Source: Podarcis liolepis
Lineage: Eukaryota
NCBI GenBank assembly: GCA_965112155.1
Contig: OZ218101.1
DNA length: 64,000 nt
Direction: 5' to 3' (one strand)
Shown here: positions 59,601 through 64,000 of the stretch, in pieces
Layout: each line of letters begins with the position of its first letter
Position numbering within the stretch: the stretch's first letter is position 1
Notes under the pieces: model-generated
What the model saw: only the letters and a program-made list of their open reading frames with translations
What the model was told of the DNA's origin: nothing
The model's database searches: none
Position numbers and translations under genes: made by a program

Positions 59601-61007
59601 AAAGGATATCAAAGTTTTTTATTGACAGTTGCTGAAAGGTGATATGAAATATTTTAATTAAATCGTGAATCTGGCCAAGGACTTCTTATTATTTTTGTAC
59701 AATATGAATGCATATTAGGTGCTTTTACGAATAATAATAAACAATGATGAAAATCATGATAATGAAACCAGCCAAAATGGTAGAGGTTCACATATATATT
59801 GCCTTTCAGAGTAAGCTCTTTAAAGGCAGATTCCTATAGCACAGATGAAATTCAGCAAACAGCAACTAAAACACAAAAACAGCAAAGTCAAAAACAACAG
59901 ACTCAGTAATTGCTGCTTCAACCTTATACTCTAAACCACTCTTTTCTTCTCAATTCTATAGGTAATCAGTTGTTTCCCTAAACAGTGGTTCACTAATCTT
60001 AAAGGAAGTAAGACAATATCACATCTAGAAAACCTCTGTAGATATCTTGTTCATCTTGCTGATACAGTATACAGAAATAGCATTGGAAGCTCTGATGTAG
60101 AAAAAAGAAATGCAAGGTAACCTATCTTTAACACTGTTTCAGTTTTAAAAATAGTGATTGTTTTTATTGTATTGTTTTAGGTATTTATTTACCATTTGTT
60201 AATTTTATCACAAATTTCAAGATGGCTTTATAAAATATAAAGCCAGGATTCAAAGAGCCATAAACTAGGCTTTGCAGGAGTCTTTCCCCATACATCCCAT
60301 AAACTGTTGTTAAGTTGAGGGGGTGATTTAGGATGACTGCAGGAGTGGGGGGAATCTGAAGAATCCTTTTAAGTATGAGAGTATTTTAGATTTGTACATG
60401 AGACTTTTTGGATCTTAACCAATATTATTGTAATGAAAATTAGCCATGTGTATATTATATGTAATTTAAAAATAACAAACGGCTTGATACAAAACATATA
60501 AGTGTCTTCCTACTGTTTGTGTGTGCCAGTACAGCGTCCTGGTTTATTCAGTACCTCATCTTTGCACATCAGACAGTTGAGTTTTACTGCAGATTATTTA
60601 TTAATCTCCTTTTACATGTTTTAAGACGATTTACAAATAAACTATAAAACAGGTAAACAGAACCAAAATATGTCCTAAAGGTATATTAAAAACAATACAG
60701 AATGAATATCTAAGGCAGAGACCTTTTCATAAACTGCTTAGAGGTTTTATTTACAGTTGGGTGCTATAATATATTAAAAAAAAAATCCAGGTGGAAAAGT
60801 TTGTCAAAACAGTATCTTCAATTGTTTCTGAAAAGTACAGATGGTAAGTTGCAAAAAGCACTAACTAAAGTTCTTCCCTCTCTTCCTAGGGAGAATATAA
60901 AACAGATAATAAAACTTCTATCAAGTATTCGAGCACTGGACCATGCTGCAACAGTTGCAAATGATCATAATGTGAAAGAGTTAAAAAATTTAAGTGAAGG
61001 GAAATAA
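35811..61007 (+). CDS. PAXBP1: PAX3- and PAX7-binding protein 1 (GCFC1), whole coding span, 18 exons, about 965 aa
   Basis: Exons join in phase from MFRKARRVNVRKRN to KNLSEGK-stop. Splice phases checked by hand for all visible junctions. Exon 8 length (124 nt) is inferred from the human protein because of an N gap. Confidence 0.97.
37621..37708. repeat. About 90-bp palindromic interspersed repeat (CAATCCTA...TAGGATTG family)
   Basis: Related copies near 2495-2580, 13476-13552, 15822-15908, 46104-46155, 47620-47706. Confidence 0.7.
37726..37853. mobile_element. Short hAT MITE
   Basis: TIRs CAGGGATTGGAAACCTG / CAGGTTTCCCATCCCTG; 8-bp TSD gaatatag / gagtatag. Confidence 0.85.
39694..39822 (+). 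CDS. PAXBP1: PAXBP1 exon 2
   Basis: EAEEVFKVKKSSYSKKIVKLLKKEYKEDLEK; 129 nt; exact acceptor ambiguous (tandem NAG); donor ATG|GTAATC. Confidence 0.9.
40195..40330. mobile_element. hAT MITE
   Basis: TIRs CAGTGCTTT / AAAGCACTG; TSD ccaataag / ccaatcaa. Confidence 0.8.
40733..40909 (+). CDS. PAXBP1: PAXBP1 exon 3
   Basis: ttttttttgcag acceptor; EQSADKTG...SSLNVLRP; donor CAG|GTTAGT; 177 nt. Confidence 0.93.
41867..42088 (+). CDS. PAXBP1: PAXBP1 exon 4
   Basis: GEIPDAAFIHAARKKRQMARELGDF...QKIAEEI; 222 nt; donor TAG|GTAAAA. Confidence 0.95.
42954..43057 (+). CDS. PAXBP1: PAXBP1 exon 5 (followed by GC donor)
   Basis: GIEGSDDEALIAGEQDEELSRWEQEQIRKGINIPQ; 104 nt; donor CAG|GCATGT. Confidence 0.9.
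43305..43530 (+). mobile_element. L2 LINE fragment
   Basis: Similar to 57900-58098 (ACTTCAG.TGGT..AGAATT..GCCAGGTTGCT...TATAATACCAATCCT...TTAGTTTCCAGG). Confidence 0.8.
43895..44115 (+). CDS. PAXBP1: PAXBP1 exon 6
   Basis: VQASQPAEVNNLYYQNTY...DLVKKQLKDR; donor CAG|GTAGGG. Confidence 0.95.
45288..45477 (+). CDS. PAXBP1: PAXBP1 exon 7
   Basis: LDSMREFHK...QDLLECFNEK; donor AAG|GTAAGA. Confidence 0.95.
46528..46712 (-). mobile_element. CR1 LINE fragment
   Basis: ACAGATGGCCATCCAACCTCTGCTTAAAAACCTCCAA...GTCCACCACC. Confidence 0.8.
47319..47551. mobile_element. Tigger-like MITE
   Basis: TIRs CAGTGGTACCTC / GAGGTACCACTG; TA on both sides; internal CTTCAGGTTA repeats. Confidence 0.92.
49792..49915 (+). 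CDS. PAXBP1: PAXBP1 exon 8 (partial; 3' end lies in assembly gap, end coordinate inferred)
   Basis: tatttttacag acceptor then VLLINEL (human VPLINEL); remainder is N. Confidence 0.75.
49813..49976. other. Assembly gap (164 N)
   Basis: Run of N. Confidence 1.
50694..50870 (+). mobile_element. tRNA-derived squamate SINE
   Basis: TAGCTCAGTGACAGAGCATCTGCTTTGCATG...CCCAGGTTCAATC head, followed by a non-tRNA body. Confidence 0.85.
51220..51319 (+). CDS. PAXBP1: PAXBP1 exon 9
   Basis: KALMAPNLDSFGRDRTLYQEHVKRRTAEREAR; 100 nt. Confidence 0.94.
51749..51864 (+). CDS. PAXBP1: PAXBP1 exon 10
   Basis: ARRRLAREQSGKMADHLEGLSSDDEETSTD; 116 nt. Confidence 0.94.
52962..53161 (+). CDS. PAXBP1: PAXBP1 exon 11 (start of GCFC domain region)
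   Basis: DRILKESSKVFEDV...[27 protein letters not shown]; 200 nt. Confidence 0.95.
53250..53457 (+). mobile_element. L2-type LINE 3' fragment
   Basis: AGGGCCTTCTCGGCAGTGGGGCCATCCCTGTGGAAC; peptide RAFSAVGPSLWNGL...TFRKHLKAALY. Confidence 0.8.
53795..53939 (+). CDS. PAXBP1: PAXBP1 exon 12
   Basis: DKCQDFESMLWFESLLFYGCEE...LLPTIVERVVLPKLT; 145 nt. Confidence 0.94.
54048..54169 (+). CDS. PAXBP1: PAXBP1 exon 13
   Basis: VLAENVWDPFSTTQTSRMV...AENKNTQ; 122 nt. Confidence 0.94.
54508..54744. mobile_element. Tigger-like MITE
   Basis: GTGGTACCTC...GAGGTGCTACTG then TA; three CTTCTG(C/T)GCATG repeats. Confidence 0.8.
55742..55818 (+). CDS. PAXBP1: PAXBP1 exon 14
   Basis: TLLKGLLLRMRRTLDDDVFMPLYPK; 77 nt. 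Confidence 0.94.
55925..55991 (+). CDS. PAXBP1: PAXBP1 exon 15
   Basis: VLENKNSGPYLFFQRQFWSSVK; 67 nt. Confidence 0.94.
56606..56639. repeat. (TG)n(AG)n microsatellite
   Basis: Directly visible. Confidence 0.95.
57125..58098 (+). mobile_element. L2 LINE reverse-transcriptase relic
   Basis: FLDPFSSGLRPSFGTETAL; GSVLSPMLFNIYMKPL; DWMKANQMKLSPAKIE; multiple frameshifts. Confidence 0.9.
58601..58747 (+). CDS. PAXBP1: PAXBP1 exon 16
   Basis: LLGNFLQWHGILSNKTLQELSIDGLLNRYILMAFQNSEYGDDSIKKAQS; 147 nt. Confidence 0.95.
59962..60116 (+). CDS. PAXBP1: PAXBP1 exon 17
   Basis: VISCFPKQWFTNLKG...SDVEKRNA; 155 nt. Confidence 0.94.
60890..61007 (+). CDS. PAXBP1: PAXBP1 exon 18 (last coding exon)
   Basis: Branch-like CTAAC at 60861, pyrimidine tract and TAG acceptor; ENIKQIIKLLSSIRALDHA...SEGK TAA. 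Confidence 0.95.
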
Positions 61008-61358
61008 AACTTTGTCTGCTAATTCTGGGCTTTAAAAATCATTCCTGAAGTGTAATTTTGTACATATGTAAAGTTTTCTTATATTGTAAACGATTGTTTT
61101 TAATACAAAGTGCATTCTTATATACAGCATCTGTAAGAGTATTGATGTCTTCAAAGTGAAAAAGAAGCCAGGAAAACTGCATCTTGTTTACAAAATTTTT
61201 ATACTACATGGTGGCCATCTAGTCACTAAACTGCCCATTAGTTAATAGGAAATTCTACACTGTAAAATTCATTTAACTGATCTGCAAATATTTATATTCC
61301 CATAGTTATATGTTTGAAATAATGGTTTATTTCAAAGTAAGATATTCAGTAATTTGGT

Positions 61359-61695
61359 AATAAAATTGGTCATAAATATGTGAATATAGTATGACATGGG
61401 TAAGAGTAAAGAAGTGTCCAAAATTGTAACAGTGTTGTTTGAAGTGTATGTACTGGTGACAAAAATAGCTGAAAGTTCACAGCTGCTTTTAGGTAATGGT
61501 ATGGTCACAATTAAAACTCAAGACACTTCATTGTATAATTTTTTTATCCCTTTAACTCTTACTGGCAATATATTTTCTCACAAATTAATAATTCAGATTA
61601 TTAACCCTCCCCTATGTCCACATATTTGTTTATATCCTATGGTCACAATATTGACTATTCCAAAATGTTGCATTGTTTAATATTTAAAGAATAAA
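61359..61695 (+). terminator. Candidate PAXBP1 polyadenylation signals (AATAAA at 61359 and 61690)
   Basis: Two AATAAA hexamers in the AT-rich 3' UTR; the distal one is followed by a T-rich tract. Confidence 0.55.
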
Positions 61696-63159
61696 TCCTT
61701 TTATTTTTGCGTCATGGCTTCCTACTACTGAGATTAGTTTGAATTCTGAAGAATATTGTCACTGTTGTAGATAGTCTGCTTATCTTCAAGTGTAGTATAT
61801 TATACTTGAGAAAAGTAGAAATTGAAATATTAAATAACTTTGGATCATTGTACTTGATGATGCTCCTGTCATGTGATGTAAAGAAAATATTAAATGTACA
61901 GTCTGCTTTTTGAACACTGAATCATTTTATGAATTTATTACATTGATTATTTTCAGTTATAAGGCCAACCAACATCAAATTCTCAGGCAATAGTATTAAT
62001 ACTACAGCCTTATTAAACTGCAGTTACAGTAAACTATGGTTTAATGGTACACCTTCAACCACCCTTCTAACAACAAACAAGTCGTGATCTGTTGTAGCAG
62101 TGCACTAAATCTAGGATCATGTCATCGTCCCCAAAAAACCTGAAAGTAGTTGATTACTAGTCTTGGTTTGTTTGGATGCAGTATTAACCCAGACCATGGT
62201 TACCCCCCCCCAACACCCAGCAGCATAGCAACAGTGTGCATATGCTTGCTGCACATTTATATATTTATTAAATTTGCTGCAAGCGTATGCACACTGCTGA
62301 AAACATAATCAACAGTCTAGCTTAACTGGGAACTGCATACAGACAGCTGGGAAAATCTAATCCTGGCACTGTATCTAACCTTCACAGTGTTAAGTAACTT
62401 GTGTCATCCAAAAATAGAGCAAGACTGTCCTAAAGCCTTTCACAATAAGAAGGTTGAAGGCAAGGGGAGGCAGAAAAAAAAGCTAGACTGCAATGGTAGA
62501 CAATTTATTTGCAACATTTGTAGCCTGCTTTTCAAAAAAAAGTAGGAATGGATTTTACGTTGAAATATTTTTTTAACCCCTATGTACGTCTACTGTGAAG
62601 AGTTCAGTGGGGCCCACTCCTAGGCAAGTGACTAAAGGACTGTAGTTTACAACTATTAACTCAAATAGTTACCGTATTCAGGGGTCACAGCAATAAAATA
62701 ATTTTGGCTGAGCAGTCCAGTGTCGCTTTAAAACACTGCAATAGAAAAGGCTTAGCATTTCAGATTATAGTAGTAATATAGCCTTGACAGCCAGATCAAA
62801 CATTCCCAGGAGGTAAATATTTCAACAACAACAAAAAACATTGCAAAGGGTAGTCTGAAATGCCATGTTTACACGTCTAGTACCATTCAGGAAGGCTCCT
62901 TGGGAAACGAGGCAATTGCCCCTTGCATTTGACCGAGTGTATCTGAAAACCGACCGTGGGTGTGATTCATCAGTAGCCAACCTAACTAAAGCGTAAGAAC
63001 CTGCTCCCAGCAAAGGCACCGGGGAGGAGGAGTGCTTTTATTATGATGATGGTTAGTCATTTTAACGTTCGTCGTGCCTTCTGTCAGTCAATAGGACAAC
63101 AAGGCTCGGCAGAAGCCCTGCAGCCTGTCATACGACAGGTAACAGAAAGAGATGAGGGT

Positions 63160-64000
63160 GGAAACCCGCTGCTTCGGCTTCTGCCAGGCTGAATGAGGGG
63201 CGTTTCTACTCGGAGGTAAGCCCTACTGAGTTCAGTGGAGCTTACGCTCAAGCCAGCGTCCCTTAAGCAGCGGCCTCAGGGGCGAAAAGGGGGCGCTTAT
63301 GTAAGGCGCCAAAGACGCGCCGCCGCCGCCGCCTTGGCGAACGGCTGGCACGAAACCCGCCCGCCCTTTCGGCGCTCGCGCTGCCCTCCGCTCCCCCCCT
63401 ATCTCCGCACTACTTCCGGTGTGGGTGTAGGGGGGGGGCGGTGCAATGCGGAAGCGGTGGCCCTGCCAGAGAGGAAGTGAGGCAGGCGCCTCAGGCAGCG
63501 GCACGAAGAAGCGCCCCTGGAGGTGGCGGAGGAGCCGGTAAGGGAAGCTGAGCTGAGCAGGAGAGCAGGCGAGACGTCAGTATATATTTCTCTCTCTCTC
63601 TCTCCTCCCCCCCCCCCCAAATCCTCACACCACTTCCCGCTTTCTCCTGCCTCCGTGTAGACAAGCCTAAGTCCCCGCGGTGCGTAGGAAGCCGGAGCCG
63701 CCTTGGCGGGGCTGGCGAGGGGAGAAGGGAAGCGGCTCCCTCGGCACAAGATGGACGCTTCTTGAGCCGCGCCGACACCCACACGGCTCTCTGCCTCGGT
63801 CTGTCACGGGGAGGGCGACGCGGATTCGGCTCCTGTTATTATTATTATTATTATTATCATTATTATTCTCCCTTCGCGGCTGCCCGCTTTCCCACCCACC
63901 TACTGCAGCAGCGTGCCTGTCGAGGGAGCCGAGCCGTCTGTCTCGCTCCCTCATAACTGTCTGCAGACCGCGAACCTTTTCCGGTTGCTTCGCTTTCCCC
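63160..64000. promoter_or_regulatory. CpG island / SYNJ1 promoter
   Basis: CpG-rich; GC boxes (CCCGCCC); ETS-type ACTTCCGG near 63412 and GGAAGTG near 63473; (TTA)n at about 63836-63867. Confidence 0.85.
63446..63537 (+). CDS. SYNJ1: Synaptojanin-1 exon 1 (upstream-ATG N-terminal extension; gene continues beyond window)
   Basis: Encodes MRKRWPCQRGSEAGASGSGTKKRPWRWRRS, similar to the human long-isoform start MRKRWACWSGSDA...RRRRRSR as I recall it. Donor CCG|GTAAGG. Syntenic position downstream of PAXBP1. Confidence 0.8.

Noticed and set aside
63232-63956. Overlapping ORFs in the SYNJ1 CpG island
   Set aside because: GC-content and microsatellite artefacts (poly-Tyr/Asn from TTA repeats)

Overview
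Vertebrate genomic DNA, most likely a squamate (lizard); this is inferred from the repeat content: BovB, CR1, L2, a tRNA-derived SINE, a Penelope-like end, and hAT and Tigger MITEs. Three genes lie in tandem on the + strand, in the same order as the human chr21 C21orf62-PAXBP1-SYNJ1 block. (1) C21orf62/EPCIP has a single coding exon at 28148-28813. (2) PAXBP1/GCFC1 has 18 coding exons over 35811-61007, about 965 aa; exon 8 runs into an N gap. (3) The CpG-island promoter and first exon of SYNJ1 start near 63446. The first ~25 kb is gene-free, with enhancer-like blocks and many transposon relics. I found no clearly new biological system. The best leads are: candidate poison, alternative-last and micro-exons in PAXBP1 intron 7; a GC-AG intron; a five-fold NAG acceptor; an apparently conserved upstream-ATG N-terminal extension of SYNJ1; divergent CTCF-like motif pairs; and a possible Pif1/Helitron helicase relic. 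Gene identities come from my recall of the human proteins; no database searches were run.
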